Assembly: GCA_963836755.1 (NCBI GenBank)
Contig: CAWIKF010000002.1
Coordinates: 1,856,001-1,920,000 of the forward strand
Origin: an uncultured Verrucomicrobiae bacterium
GTDB lineage: Bacteria > Verrucomicrobiota > Verrucomicrobiia > Chthoniobacterales > Chthoniobacteraceae
Direction: 5' to 3'
Length of the DNA stretch: 64,000 bases
A model generated the notes under the pieces. The model did no database searches, was not told where the DNA came from, and was given only the letters and a program-made list of their open reading frames with translations. The position numbers and the translations under genes are program-made. This document shows, in pieces, positions 19,810 through 30,130 of this stretch; the first letter of the stretch is position 1, and every line of letters starts with the position of its first letter.

Positions 19810-19825
19810 CTTTCATCTGGGCTGA

Positions 19826-20755
19826 CTACAGACGCCTCGGATCGGGTGATCCGGGGCGTTCTGTTTTTTTGGAGGAATCACCCGCAGCGTGAGCGTCAAT
19901 TTCCGGCGCCGCCGCATTCTGCGCGCCAAAGTAGCCGAGCAGATCAGCCAAAGTTCGGCGCAATTTTTTTCGATGCACGATCAGGTCGATGAGCCCGTGC
20001 TCCTCCAAAAATTCCGCAGTCTGAAATCCCGGGGGCAAATCCTGATGCGTGGTTTCGCGCACGACTCGCGGACCGGCGAAGCCGATCATCGCCTTCGGCT
20101 CCGCCAAAATGACGTCGCCAATCGTCGCGAAACTTGCGCTCACGCCGCCGGTCGTCGGATGCGTCAAAACTGAAATGTAAGCGAGCTGCGCCTGCGCATG
20201 AAGCGCAAGCGCGCCGCACGTTTTCGCCATTTGCATCAAACTGAGCGCGCCCTCATACATGCGCGCGCCGCCGCTCGCAGAAATGATGATCACCGGCATG
20301 CGCTCGTGAGTCGCTGTCTCGACGATGCGCGACAGTTTCTCGCCGACGACTGAGCCCATCGTCGCAGCGATGAAGTTAAAGTCCATCACCGCAATAGCGA
20401 TCGCGCAGCCTTCGATTTTTCCCGTGCCGGTGATGACGGCGTCCTTGAGACCGGTTTTTTTTTGGTAACTTTTCAGCCGATCCGTGTAGGTCGCCATGCC
20501 CTTGAATTTCAGCGTGTCCACGGAAACCATGGCGGCGTCATGCTCCTCAAACGTTTCAGGATCCAGCAAATGAGCGATGCGGTCGCGCGCGCTTTGCAAA
20601 AAATGGAAATCGCATTTCGGGCAAACCTGCTGGTTGGCAGCGAGCGCGAGATGATGGATGACTTCTCCGCAGCCGGGACACTTTTGAAAAAGGCCGCCGG
20701 GAAGGTCGCGCTTTTTCGAGTCGGAGTGAAAGTCTGGCTTTTTGAAAATTCCCAT
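19826..20755 (-). CDS. accD: Acetyl-CoA carboxylase carboxyltransferase beta subunit
   Basis: CPGC...CPKC Zn ribbon, SGGARM, SLMQMAKT, PTTGGVSAS, GFAGPRV. Confidence 0.96.
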   Translation of the reverse strand: MGIFKKPDFHSDSKKRDLPGGLFQKCPGCGEVIHHLALAANQQVCPKCDFHFLQSARDRIAHLLDPETFEEHDAAMVSVDTLKFKGMATYTDRLKSYQKKTGLKDAVITGTGKIEGCAIAIAVMDFNFIAATMGSVVGEKLSRIVETATHERMPVIIISASGGARMYEGALSLMQMAKTCGALALHAQAQLAYISVLTHPTTGGVSASFATIGDVILAEPKAMIGFAGPRVVRETTHQDLPPGFQTAEFLEEHGLIDLIVHRKKLRRTLADLLGYFGAQNAAAPEIDAHAAGDSSKKTERPGSPDPRRL

Positions 20756-20763
20756 TTTGCGTT

Positions 20764-21489
20764 TTAGCCGCGCGCGACGGTGATGGCGCGGATCGATGCG
20801 GCACCAGCATTCATGAGGACTCGCGCGCATTCGTCCACGGTCGAGCCAGTTGTCAGGACATCGTCAACAAGAACGAGATGGCGGCCGCTCACGTCGCCAC
20901 TTTCGCTCAATTCGAATGCGTTGCGCAAGTTTTCCATGCGCTCGCTGCGGTCGTGGCGCGTTTGCGTGGTCGTGTAGCGGACGCGCTCGAGGCAGTGGAG
21001 AATCGGCACGCCCGCGCGCGCCGCGACGAGCTCGGCAAGCACTGCGGCTTGGTTAAATTCGCGTTCGCGCTCGCGCAGTTTGTGCAGCGGCACGGGCACA
21101 AAGGCTTCCACGGGAATTGCCGTGATGCGGGCATCATCAAGCGTCTCCATCAGCCAATCCGCGAGCGGATGGCGCAGATGAAACTGGCGCTGATATTTGA
21201 ATCGATGGATCATCTCGCGCACGATTCCGCGGCTGAGAAAACATGAAACCGCGTGGGTAAAATGAAAGCTGCGCCCGGCGCAATTCGCACACGAGAATTC
21301 CTGTTCTATCGCGCCATCGAAACGTTCGGAGCAGGTTTCACAAAACGGCCGTCGGATTCGTCGCGCGCTGCCGCGGCACGGTTCGCATAAATATTCGCCC
21401 GGTGCCAAAGTTGCCGCGCATCGCTCGCAGCGCGCCGGATAAAACAGCGAGGAGAGCGCGTGAACGGATTGTTTAATTAGCGTCAACAT
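20764..21489 (-). CDS. comF: ComF-family phosphoribosyltransferase-domain protein
   Basis: N-terminal Cys pairs, VPVPLH, FNQA, LVDDVLTTGSTV. Confidence 0.88.
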   Translation of the reverse strand: MLTLIKQSVHALSSLFYPARCERCAATLAPGEYLCEPCRGSARRIRRPFCETCSERFDGAIEQEFSCANCAGRSFHFTHAVSCFLSRGIVREMIHRFKYQRQFHLRHPLADWLMETLDDARITAIPVEAFVPVPLHKLREREREFNQAAVLAELVAARAGVPILHCLERVRYTTTQTRHDRSERMENLRNAFELSESGDVSGRHLVLVDDVLTTGSTVDECARVLMNAGAASIRAITVARG

Positions 21490-22369
21490 CGCGCAGCCAG
21501 AACCAGACGACGGCCGCTGTGAGCAGCAGGATGATCACCGGACCGAAACCGACCAGCATGTCCGATCCGAACCACGGCCACGCCTCGCCGGTGCGTTTCG
21601 TCATTTTGCTGAAACTCATCTTGCCGAGAATCCACCCGGCGTGCAGCCCGATCGGCATCCAGAGCGAGCGCGTGCGGACGCGCGCGTAGCCGAGGATCAG
21701 GCCGACGAGAAAAAGAGTGGTCAAACCACCGAGTAAAAGTTGCGGCCGCTCGAACTGCCAGAACGCCTGCGGCACGAGCGCGAGGCCAGACCACCACGAT
21801 ACGTTCGTGGCGGCGACGACGTTTTCGGGAGGCTTCAAAAAATGCACTGCCGCAAAAAGTGCAGCGACGAAAACCATCGAGAATCCATCCGTCGCCGTGC
21901 GCTGCACCACGCCTTGCAGCGCGCCGCGAAACAGCCATTCCTCCATCACCGCCACGACGAACGCCGTCAGCGGCAGCCACGCGATTCGAGTCCACGGCAC
22001 CGCATCCTTTATATAATAGAGGCTCGTGCCGATGAGCGCGCCAGCCAGCAGAATCAGCGACGCCAGCGCGAGGATGAAGCCGAAGAGAAAATGTTTACGC
22101 GCGTGCCGATCGCGCCGCAGGCCGAGGTCTTCGCCGAAATTGCGGATGTGCAAAGAACGCACGAGCGGCCACAGCAGCACGATTGCCGCGACCAAAATTG
22201 CGCGATCGAAAAAGCGCTGGAAATCGGTTTTCGCAAGAAAATCTGCGATCCATCGGGTGCCGATGCCGTGCGAAATTTCGCCCGCACCCCAAAACAGCAA
22301 AGGCGCCAGCAATGCGCCGACGAGCACAGTGCCGACGAAGTAGAGCAAAATTTTCCCGATGTCTTTCAA
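21473..22369 (-). CDS. CPBP/Abi-family intramembrane metalloprotease
   Basis: EEWLFRG, FAAVH, IGLHAGW. Confidence 0.88.
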   Translation of the reverse strand: MKDIGKILLYFVGTVLVGALLAPLLFWGAGEISHGIGTRWIADFLAKTDFQRFFDRAILVAAIVLLWPLVRSLHIRNFGEDLGLRRDRHARKHFLFGFILALASLILLAGALIGTSLYYIKDAVPWTRIAWLPLTAFVVAVMEEWLFRGALQGVVQRTATDGFSMVFVAALFAAVHFLKPPENVVAATNVSWWSGLALVPQAFWQFERPQLLLGGLTTLFLVGLILGYARVRTRSLWMPIGLHAGWILGKMSFSKMTKRTGEAWPWFGSDMLVGFGPVIILLLTAAVVWFWLRDVDAN

Positions 22370-22421
22370 GGCGGCGGATAGTAAAACAGCTGTCGCTCAT
22401 CCGAAAACCGAAATCCGCAAA

Positions 22422-22679
22422 ATGCCAAACGAACACACTTGGAAAGAAAGCACCGCCGACGGCGAGAAACGCGAAGTCCGCGCCGTGAAATTCGGCGGCG
22501 CATGGCGCATTCAATCGAAGCTCAAGGGCGACGACCGCTGGACTTATCACGAGCCGCCGCGCATCGAGGATTTGCGCGAATTGCGCGATCTTCTTTTTCG
22601 CAAATACCAACGCCGACGCGCAACTTATGAGGAGTGGCAGGACATCGATAAAATCGTGCAGCGGCTGGAGCGCGAATGA
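22422..22679 (+). CDS. Conserved hypothetical protein
   Basis: ATG start; stop overlaps the bioA start (ATGA). Confidence 0.7.
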   Translation: MPNEHTWKESTADGEKREVRAVKFGGAWRIQSKLKGDDRWTYHEPPRIEDLRELRDLLFRKYQRRRATYEEWQDIDKIVQRLERE

Positions 22680-23965
22680 ACGACGCGCGCACCGAGGCGC
22701 TCGCGGCGGCGGACAAAAAATTCCTGTGGCATCCATTCACGCAAATGCGCGACTGGTGCGCGGCTGAGCACGATCCGCTCGTGCTTGTGTCAGGCCACGG
22801 CGCACTTTTGCGCGACAGCGCCGGCCGCGAATACATCGACGGCAACTCGTCGATCTGGACGAATCTCCACGGGCACAATCATCCGAAAATCAACGCCGCG
22901 ATCCGCGCGCAACTCGAGGAAGTCGCGCACACCTCGTTTCTCGGTTTCACGAATCCGCGCGCGATCGACCTCGCGCAAGAGCTTGTAAAACTTGTGTCGC
23001 CGGAAACTTTGACGCGCGTATTTTTTTCCGATAACGGCTCCACCGCCATTGAAGTCGCGATCAAAATGGCAGTGCAATATTTCCAACTCCGACGCGAGCC
23101 GCAGCGCTCGCGCTTTATCGCATTCGCCGATGCCTATCATGGCGACACGCTCGGCGCGGCCAGCCTCGGCGGAGTGCCACTTTTTCACCAGCGGTTCGCG
23201 GCGCATTGCTTTCCGGTCGAGCGCGTCGATTGCGTCGCAGCGTTAAACGATACGGAACAGCCTGAAGCGGTCGCCGCCGTTGTGATCGAGCCGCTAATCC
23301 AGGGTGCCGCCGGCATGAAACTTTGGCCGCCGGGGATGCTGGCGGAAGTGCGCGCGTGGTGCGACCGGCACGGCGCGCTCCTCATTTGCGACGAAGTGAT
23401 GACCGGCTTCGGACGCACTGGCGCAATGTTCGCCTGCCAACGCGAAGGCGTTGCGCCCGATTTTCTGGCGTTGGCCAAAGGCTTGAGCGGAGGCTATGTG
23501 CCGCTCGCCGCGACGCTGACGACGTCAAAAATCTTCGGGGCGTTTCTGGGGGACGCGCATAAGACATTTTACTACGGGCACAGCTACGCGGGAAATGCGA
23601 TCGGCTGTGCGGCAGCGCTCGCAAGTCTCGAGATTTTTCGCGAGGAAAAAACGCTCGCGAATTTGCAGCCCAAAATAGCACGGATGCACGACTTGCTGGA
23701 GTCGCTGGCGCAAAACAAAAATGTTCGCGCGGTTCGTCAATGCGGCTTCATCGCAGGAATCGATGTCATCCGCCAGGACGGCGTGGCGTTTGATCCTGTC
23801 GACCAAATCGGCGCGAAAATTTGTGTCGCGGCGCGGCGCCACGGACTGCTCACGCGGCCGATCCGCGACACGCTCGTGCTCATGCCGCCGTATTGCATCG
23901 ACGAGGCGCAATTGCGCCGTGCGGTCTCGGCGCTGGAGGAGGGGATTGTGGAAGTTTGCAACTAA
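22676..23965 (+). CDS. bioA: Adenosylmethionine-8-amino-7-oxononanoate aminotransferase
   Basis: LWHPFTQM, YHGDT, EPLIQGAAGM, DEVMTGFGRTG, LAKGLSGG. Confidence 0.93.
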   Translation: MNDARTEALAAADKKFLWHPFTQMRDWCAAEHDPLVLVSGHGALLRDSAGREYIDGNSSIWTNLHGHNHPKINAAIRAQLEEVAHTSFLGFTNPRAIDLAQELVKLVSPETLTRVFFSDNGSTAIEVAIKMAVQYFQLRREPQRSRFIAFADAYHGDTLGAASLGGVPLFHQRFAAHCFPVERVDCVAALNDTEQPEAVAAVVIEPLIQGAAGMKLWPPGMLAEVRAWCDRHGALLICDEVMTGFGRTGAMFACQREGVAPDFLALAKGLSGGYVPLAATLTTSKIFGAFLGDAHKTFYYGHSYAGNAIGCAAALASLEIFREEKTLANLQPKIARMHDLLESLAQNKNVRAVRQCGFIAGIDVIRQDGVAFDPVDQIGAKICVAARRHGLLTRPIRDTLVLMPPYCIDEAQLRRAVSALEEGIVEVCN

Positions 23966-25191
23966 ACGCGCCGAAACTTTGCCGCGAAAGCGCCGTCGAT
24001 TTCATCGCGAAAAGGAAGCGTCTGCCGCGACTCGACAAATTCCAGCTCTGGAATTTCCCGGTTCACGCGAGCGACGATTTCCTCATTTTCCTCCGGCTCA
24101 ATGCTGCACGTGCTGTAAACAAGAATGCCGCCTTTGTGTAACAATGAGAAAAGCGCCCTCAAAAGCGCAATCTGCTCTCCTTGCATGCGCAAGAACTCTC
24201 CCGGTGAAAGGCGCCAGCGCACATCCACACGGCGACGGATTACGCCCGTGTTGCTGCACGGGGCATCGAGCAGGATGCGGTCAAATTTTTGCGGCAAACC
24301 TTTCGGCGCGCGCAGCCAATCCACCAACTGCGTCCGTGTGTTTTCCACGCCCAGCCGCCGCAGATTATGTTCGAGCCGCCCGAGCCGGCGCGCGGAGGCG
24401 TCGCACGCGAGGATAGAGCCTTCGTTGCGCATCAACTGCGCGAGATAGCTCGTTTTCCCGCCGGGCGCTGCACATGCATCCAGCACGGTTTCGCCCGGCT
24501 GCGGATCGAGCAATTCGCACGCGGCGAGCGTGCTCGGATCCTGCACATAGCAGAGTCCCTGCATGATCCACGGCAGCGGCAATTTTTCCACCCGCAGCAT
24601 CAGCGGATGCTCGAGCGGAGAGGCTTCGGCGCTGCTGAGAAGCTCGCCGCGCGTGACTTTCAGCTCGTTTGTTCGCACGAACATTTCAGCCGGCTCGTTG
24701 TTCCAGACGCAAAGGCGCTCGGTGTTTTTTTCTTCGAAATGTGCGCGCCAGCGGGTCACCAGCGTCTCGGGATGTGAAAAACGGACATCGATCGGAGCGT
24801 TTACAATTTGTTGCGTCAAAGTTTGCTCCTCGCGAATGCTGCGACGCAGGATTGCATTGACCAAAGGCCGCGCGCGACCGGCCAGCTGCACCGTCTCATT
24901 GACCGCTGCGTGATGCGGCACGCGCATGCGAAAAATTTGGTAAAGTCCCAGCCGCAAGACCTGTCGTGCGTCGTTGTCGATGTCGCCCTCGCGCAATTGC
25001 GCGATCAAAAAATCGAGCAGCCGCTTGTTGCGGATGACGCCGTAAAAAAGTTCAGTCAGCAGCGCGCGATCCAGCGGATTGAAAGACGCAGCGTTCAGCA
25101 GCGCATGCAAGATTTCGTCGGCGAACTCGCGGGATTTTTCCCAGCGAGAGAGCGCTTCGAGGCAGGCTACTCGTGGATTTGCACGGTGCAT
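23962..25191 (-). CDS. rsmB: 16S rRNA m5C967 methyltransferase
   Basis: NusB-like N-terminus, LDACAAPGGKT, DAPCS, YSTCS. Confidence 0.9.
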   Translation of the reverse strand: MHRANPRVACLEALSRWEKSREFADEILHALLNAASFNPLDRALLTELFYGVIRNKRLLDFLIAQLREGDIDNDARQVLRLGLYQIFRMRVPHHAAVNETVQLAGRARPLVNAILRRSIREEQTLTQQIVNAPIDVRFSHPETLVTRWRAHFEEKNTERLCVWNNEPAEMFVRTNELKVTRGELLSSAEASPLEHPLMLRVEKLPLPWIMQGLCYVQDPSTLAACELLDPQPGETVLDACAAPGGKTSYLAQLMRNEGSILACDASARRLGRLEHNLRRLGVENTRTQLVDWLRAPKGLPQKFDRILLDAPCSNTGVIRRRVDVRWRLSPGEFLRMQGEQIALLRALFSLLHKGGILVYSTCSIEPEENEEIVARVNREIPELEFVESRQTLPFRDEIDGAFAAKFRRV

Positions 25192-25239
25192 GGCGCGAGT
25201 GTGAAGCTCGCAGAAGCCGCGCGCGTTGCCACTGAAATT

Positions 25240-25521
25240 CTACGCCGGATTCACGCGAACTTTTTCTTTTTGATCGTCGCAGTCGGACTGCAAACGGCGC
25301 AATTCGCTGCGAAGCTGCTGCTCGATTTTTTCCACTTCATCGAACTGCCCGGCCTCGCGTGCTTTCCTGATTTGATCATGCAGAAAAAGTTCGCGCTCCG
25401 CGATGCGTGCCTTGAACGTCGATTCGATTTCCGCGATTTTTTCTTTTTGCGCCGCGCTGATTTTTGCGGTGGGCGATTGCTTTTCGAGCCGTTCCATTGC
25501 GAGTTCGTAAGCGGATTTCAT
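25240..25521 (-). CDS. Conserved small helical hypothetical protein
   Basis: MKSAYELAMERL start, coiled-coil composition. Confidence 0.75.
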   Translation of the reverse strand: MKSAYELAMERLEKQSPTAKISAAQKEKIAEIESTFKARIAERELFLHDQIRKAREAGQFDEVEKIEQQLRSELRRLQSDCDDQKEKVRVNPA

Positions 25522-25583
25522 GAAGAAACCTTTGCCCGTTGCCTTGCCGGATTCAACTTTTAAAAGTAAAGCTTTCGGCCCGC

Positions 25584-26375
25584 ATGATCCGACTTCTTTC
25601 CACCGATTTTGACGGCACGCTCGTCAGCCATTTCGCCCGGCCGCCAGTCGCGCCGGAGCTTTTCACGCTGCTGCGGGAGCTGCAGAAAGATGGCGTCCGC
25701 TGGGCGATCAATACCGGTCGCGAGCTCGATCACATTGTCGCCGGGCTGCAGGAGTTTTCTTTTCCCATTGAGCCCGATTTTGTGCTGACAAGTGAACGCG
25801 ATGTTTTTCGCAAGGTGGCCGCGGGTCAAGGCTGGGAGCCGTTCGGCGACTGGAACGAGCGCTGCGGCCGCGCGCATGATGACCTGTTTGCGCAGGCGCA
25901 GCCGCTGTTGAAACGAATCCTCGATTTTATAAAAAGCGAAACGCGAGCTCAGACGATTTATGAAGGTTCGCGACCTGTCGGATTGATCGCGGAAAATGAA
26001 GTCGAGATGGATCGCATCGTCGCGTTCGTCGAGATCGCGCGCGAAGAGATGCGGGTTTTTTCCTATCAGCGGAACACGGAGTATCTGCGGTTTTGCCATG
26101 CCGATTATTCCAAAGGCGCAGCGCTCGGTGAGTTGGGGCGTCTGCTCGGGATTTCGCGCGATGAAACTTTCGCGGCAGGCGATCATCATAACGACATCCC
26201 GATGCTCGATGGCGTGTTCGCGCGCTGGATTGCATGTCCGTCAAACTCGGCGGATGCCGTGAAAGAAACGGTGCGCGCCGCGAATGGATACGTCGCGCGC
26301 GAGGCAGCGAGTCGGGGCGTCACGGAAGCGCTGCATTATTTTCTAAGCCGTCAAACGCTCGCGGCGACCACGTGA
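25584..26375 (+). CDS. HAD-IIB family hydrolase
   Basis: TDFDGT, NTGR, SKG, GDHHND. Confidence 0.88.
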   Translation: MIRLLSTDFDGTLVSHFARPPVAPELFTLLRELQKDGVRWAINTGRELDHIVAGLQEFSFPIEPDFVLTSERDVFRKVAAGQGWEPFGDWNERCGRAHDDLFAQAQPLLKRILDFIKSETRAQTIYEGSRPVGLIAENEVEMDRIVAFVEIAREEMRVFSYQRNTEYLRFCHADYSKGAALGELGRLLGISRDETFAAGDHHNDIPMLDGVFARWIACPSNSADAVKETVRAANGYVAREAASRGVTEALHYFLSRQTLAATT

Positions 26376-26431
26376 CCAATGGCGGCGGCGTTGACAGGAG
26401 ACGTCGTGTGGGACAGCGTCAGCGATTCATC

Positions 26432-26875
26432 ATGCCGAAGAAATGCGCGAAATATGGCGCCCTCAAATTGCTCGGAAAATCGGTTTCGCAGTATCCGGCG
26501 GCGCCGCTGGCAGCGACCCTTGACACCTTTCCAAATGTGCATGCTCGCCGCGATTATTGGATCCGATTTGACTGCGCGGAGTTTACTTCGATGTGCCCTG
26601 TAACCGGGCAGCCGGACTTTGCAAGGATCACGATTGATTACGTGCCAGAGCGCCTCTGCGTGGAGACAAAGTCCTTGAAGTTCTATTTGGCATCTTATCG
26701 CCAAACGAAAAGCTTCAACGAAGAAATCGTCAATCGGATCCTTGAAGATCTTGTCACCGCGTGTAAGCCACGGCGCGCGTTGGTGCACGGAGCTTTCGCG
26801 GCGCGCGGAGGCATTAGTGTCACTGTGGATGCGGCTTATCCAGATGACCTTTTGAAGACCCAGAGACCTTCGTGA
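26432..26875 (+). CDS. queF: preQ0 reductase (unimodular QueF)
   Basis: EFTSMCPVTGQPDF, ETKSLKFY, RGGI. Confidence 0.92.
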   Translation: MPKKCAKYGALKLLGKSVSQYPAAPLAATLDTFPNVHARRDYWIRFDCAEFTSMCPVTGQPDFARITIDYVPERLCVETKSLKFYLASYRQTKSFNEEIVNRILEDLVTACKPRRALVHGAFAARGGISVTVDAAYPDDLLKTQRPS

Positions 26876-27564
26876 AAAAAGTCGTAGTGCTGCTCAGTGG
26901 CGGACTGGATTCCGTCACAGCCTTGTATGATGCGAAGCAGCGATATGATGTGCTTGCGGCAATCAGCTTCGACTATCACTCGAAGCATAATGACAAGGAA
27001 CTTCCCGAAGCCGCATATCATTGTATGAAACTAAGTATCCCTCATCAAATCATCGCGCTCGGTTTTGTCGGAGACCTTTATAAGTCTGACCTGTTAAAAA
27101 CCGGCGGAAGTATCCCTGATGGGCACTACGAAGAGCCATCGATGAAGGCAACGGTGGTTCCGTTTCGCAATGGAATCATGCTGGCAGTTGCTACGGGTTT
27201 TGCGGAAAGCTGCGGAGCCGATGCGCTGTCGATCGCGGCGCATGCGGGAGACCATGCAATTTATCCCGATTGCCGCGAAACATTCATGAAGGCGATGGCG
27301 GATGCGATAAAGTTTGGGACCTATGCGGAAATCGAACTGTTAAGACCTTTTATTTCCATGACCAAGGCGGAAATAGTTTCGCGTGGGAGCAGCTTGGGCC
27401 TCGACTTTTCGCGCACCTGGTCTTGCTACAAGGGAGGTGATCTCCATTGTGGCACTTGTGGAACCTGTATCGAGCGTCGAGAAGCATTTTTGCTGGCCCG
27501 AATTCCTGATCCGACTGTCTACGAAACTGCCGCGCCTTTGCCGCCAAAGCCCGTAGCATGCTGA
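26872..27564 (+). CDS. queC: 7-cyano-7-deazaguanine synthase
   Basis: LSGGLDS, VPFRN, YPDCR, TWSCY...HCGTCGTC. Confidence 0.95.
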   Translation: MKKVVVLLSGGLDSVTALYDAKQRYDVLAAISFDYHSKHNDKELPEAAYHCMKLSIPHQIIALGFVGDLYKSDLLKTGGSIPDGHYEEPSMKATVVPFRNGIMLAVATGFAESCGADALSIAAHAGDHAIYPDCRETFMKAMADAIKFGTYAEIELLRPFISMTKAEIVSRGSSLGLDFSRTWSCYKGGDLHCGTCGTCIERREAFLLARIPDPTVYETAAPLPPKPVAC

Positions 27565-28253
27565 TCTCAGAGGTTTTTTATTCGATCCAAGGGGAAGGAG
27601 AACTTACTGGAGTGCCGTCCGTGTTCATCCGCACTTCCGGCTGCAATTTGCGCTGCACATGGTGTGACACCAAATACAGTTCGTGGTTTCCGGAAGGAGA
27701 AGACTTATCCATCTCCGAGATCGTCGATCAGGTGGAAACCCATCGAGCGCGGCATTGTGTATTAACTGGCGGTGAGCCGATGATTGCCAAAGGAATCCGT
27801 GAACTTGCGGAACGTTTGCACAAGCTGGGCCTGCACGTCACGATTGAAACAGCTGGAACTTTGATGCCATCAGAAATCGCTTGCGACCTTGCTTCCATAA
27901 GTCCAAAGCTTTCGACTTCGACGCCTGATGAGGCAGAGATCGGCTCAGGTTGGTCCCAGCGCCATGAGGATCGACGGTTGCAACCTGAGGTTTTACGGCA
28001 ATGGATCGATGAATATCCCTACCAACTAAAGTTTGTAGTGAAGGAGCGTCAAGATTTGGTGGAGATACAAGAGCTTCTGAGGCTGATTGATCGACCTATT
28101 CCGGCGGAGAAGATTTTGTTGATGCCGGAAGGGGTTGACCCAGCGAGCTTGCAAGCCCGTAGTGAGTTGCTCGTCGAGCTATGCAAGACGCATGGCTACA
28201 GGTTGTGCACGCGATTGCACATTGACTTGTTTGGGAATAGGAAGGGGACCTGA
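27558..28253 (+). CDS. queE: 7-carboxy-7-deazaguanine synthase (radical SAM)
   Basis: SIQGEG, GCNLRCTWCDT, LTGGEP. Confidence 0.95.
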   Translation: MLISEVFYSIQGEGELTGVPSVFIRTSGCNLRCTWCDTKYSSWFPEGEDLSISEIVDQVETHRARHCVLTGGEPMIAKGIRELAERLHKLGLHVTIETAGTLMPSEIACDLASISPKLSTSTPDEAEIGSGWSQRHEDRRLQPEVLRQWIDEYPYQLKFVVKERQDLVEIQELLRLIDRPIPAEKILLMPEGVDPASLQARSELLVELCKTHGYRLCTRLHIDLFGNRKGT

Positions 28254-28254
28254 C

Positions 28255-28719
28255 ATGCCATTCCGTATCTGCAAAAGTTTTGAGATTGAAAGCGGCCATA
28301 TGCTTTCAAAGCATCCGGAGAAGTGCCGGTTTCCTCATGGGCACACGCGGAAGATCGAGTTCACGTTGGAGGCGGATGAGCTGGATGAAAACGACATGGT
28401 TTGCGACTTCAAGGTCATCAAGGAATTGATGCACGAGTTTTTGGAAAGGTTGGATCATTCGATGTGTGTCAACACGGCCGATCCGAGATACGCGGAATTA
28501 AAAGCAGCCTATGGCGAGCGCATCATTGATTTTCAAAATGTCGATCCGACCACGGAGGTCATGACGAAGCGCATCTTTGATTCCTTCAACCAGAAGCTGG
28601 ATGAATATCGGCAAACTTCGGCAGAATCGTTTCCAGTGCGGGCGAATGTGCGCGTTGTAAAGGTGCGGCTTTGGGAGACGAGTTCCTCCTGGGCGGAATA
28701 TGCCGCAGAGAACTTTTGA
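28255..28719 (+). CDS. queD: 6-carboxytetrahydropterin synthase
   Basis: KCRFPHGH, DFK, LDH, PTTE, LWET. Confidence 0.92.
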   Translation: MPFRICKSFEIESGHMLSKHPEKCRFPHGHTRKIEFTLEADELDENDMVCDFKVIKELMHEFLERLDHSMCVNTADPRYAELKAAYGERIIDFQNVDPTTEVMTKRIFDSFNQKLDEYRQTSAESFPVRANVRVVKVRLWETSSSWAEYAAENF

Positions 28720-28826
28720 TTCGGTGGAAATTTGCCGCCGAAACACGCGCCAAATTTTTTCAAATGCTCGACAACGAAGGCGTTGCGCGGTAGTTTTCGT
28801 CGTCAGTTCCCATCACCCTATTTCTT

Positions 28827-30128
28827 ATGCCTAGATTCAATTACGTTGCGCTCGACGCGCGCGGTCTGGAGTCGGTCGGAATGCTCGAGGCTGGCTCTTC
28901 CAATGATGTAGTAGCTCAGTTGCGGCAAGCGGGTTTTTTCCCGACGAGCGTTGTCGAGGAAGGGAAGGGGCCCAAGCCGGCAAAAGCTCCAAAGGCCGGC
29001 AAGGCGGTCAAAGTGGCAAGCTCGGCGCCGGCGACGAAAAAAGGGGGTATCACTCTCTTCAAAAAATCGACGGTCAAAGGAAAGACGCTGATGATTTTTA
29101 CGCGGCAGCTTGCGACTTTGATCGATGCGGGATTGCCGCTGCTGCGTGGGCTGACGGTGCTTTCAAAGCAGGAAAAAGATTTGGTGCTCAAGGGGACGAT
29201 TAATCACCTCGCGGATGCGGTGCAGGGAGGCAGCACATTTTCCGAAAGTCTCGCGCAGCATCCGAAGATTTTTAACAAGCTTTACATCAACATGGTGAAG
29301 GCCGGGGAACTCGGCGGCGTGCTGGAGCTGGTGTTGAACCGTCTCGCGGAATTCCAGGAAAAGGCGCAGAAGATCAAAAACAAAGTCGTCTCAGCGATGT
29401 TTTATCCGATCATCGTGCTGTTCATCGCGATCGCGATCATGGGATTTCTGCTCGTTTTCATCGTGCCGAAATTCGAGCAGATTTTTCATGACATGCTCGG
29501 CGGAAAACCGCTGCCGGCGATCACGCAGTTCGTCATCAACCTCAGCGATTTTTTCAAGGATCACTACCTCATTGTCTTCGGAATCGTCGCGGCTGTGGTG
29601 ATTTTCTATAAAATGTTTTCGCGCACGACGAACGGGCGCATCATCCTTGATCGCATCAAACTCAAGGCACCGGTCTTTGGCGATTTGATCCGCAAAAGTT
29701 CGGTGTCGCGCTTCACGCGCACGCTCGGCACGCTCGTCACAAGCGGCGTTCCGATTTTGCAGGCGCTGAATATCACGCGCGAAACCGCCGGCAATTCCGT
29801 CATCGCTGACGCCATCATGAAAGTTCATGACAGCGTGAAGGAAGGCGAGTCGATCGTCCATCCGCTTGAGGCGAGCGGCGTTTTCCCGCCGATGGTCATC
29901 AGCATGATCGATGTCGGCGAGGAAACTGGTCAGCTGCCGGAGATGCTTTTGAAAATCGCCGAAGTTTACGACGATGAAGTCGACAATGCCGTCACCGGGC
30001 TCACGTCGCTGTTGGAGCCGATCATGATCGTGTTCCTCGCGGTCGTCGTCGGCACCATCGTCATCGCGCTTTTCATGCCGCTGATCACGATCATCCAGAC
30101 GATGCAAGGCGGCGGAGGCGGAGGTTAG
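28827..30128 (+). CDS. pilC: Type IV pilus/T2SS inner-membrane platform protein (PilC/GspF)
   Basis: FTRQLATLIDAGLPL, MVKAGELGG, GEETGQL, LLEPIMI. Confidence 0.93.
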   Translation: MPRFNYVALDARGLESVGMLEAGSSNDVVAQLRQAGFFPTSVVEEGKGPKPAKAPKAGKAVKVASSAPATKKGGITLFKKSTVKGKTLMIFTRQLATLIDAGLPLLRGLTVLSKQEKDLVLKGTINHLADAVQGGSTFSESLAQHPKIFNKLYINMVKAGELGGVLELVLNRLAEFQEKAQKIKNKVVSAMFYPIIVLFIAIAIMGFLLVFIVPKFEQIFHDMLGGKPLPAITQFVINLSDFFKDHYLIVFGIVAAVVIFYKMFSRTTNGRIILDRIKLKAPVFGDLIRKSSVSRFTRTLGTLVTSGVPILQALNITRETAGNSVIADAIMKVHDSVKEGESIVHPLEASGVFPPMVISMIDVGEETGQLPEMLLKIAEVYDDEVDNAVTGLTSLLEPIMIVFLAVVVGTIVIALFMPLITIIQTMQGGGGGG

Positions 30129-30130
30129 AA

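Noticed and set aside
26376..26431. preQ1 riboswitch before queF
   Set aside because: Gap is short and lacks the stem plus A-rich tail pattern
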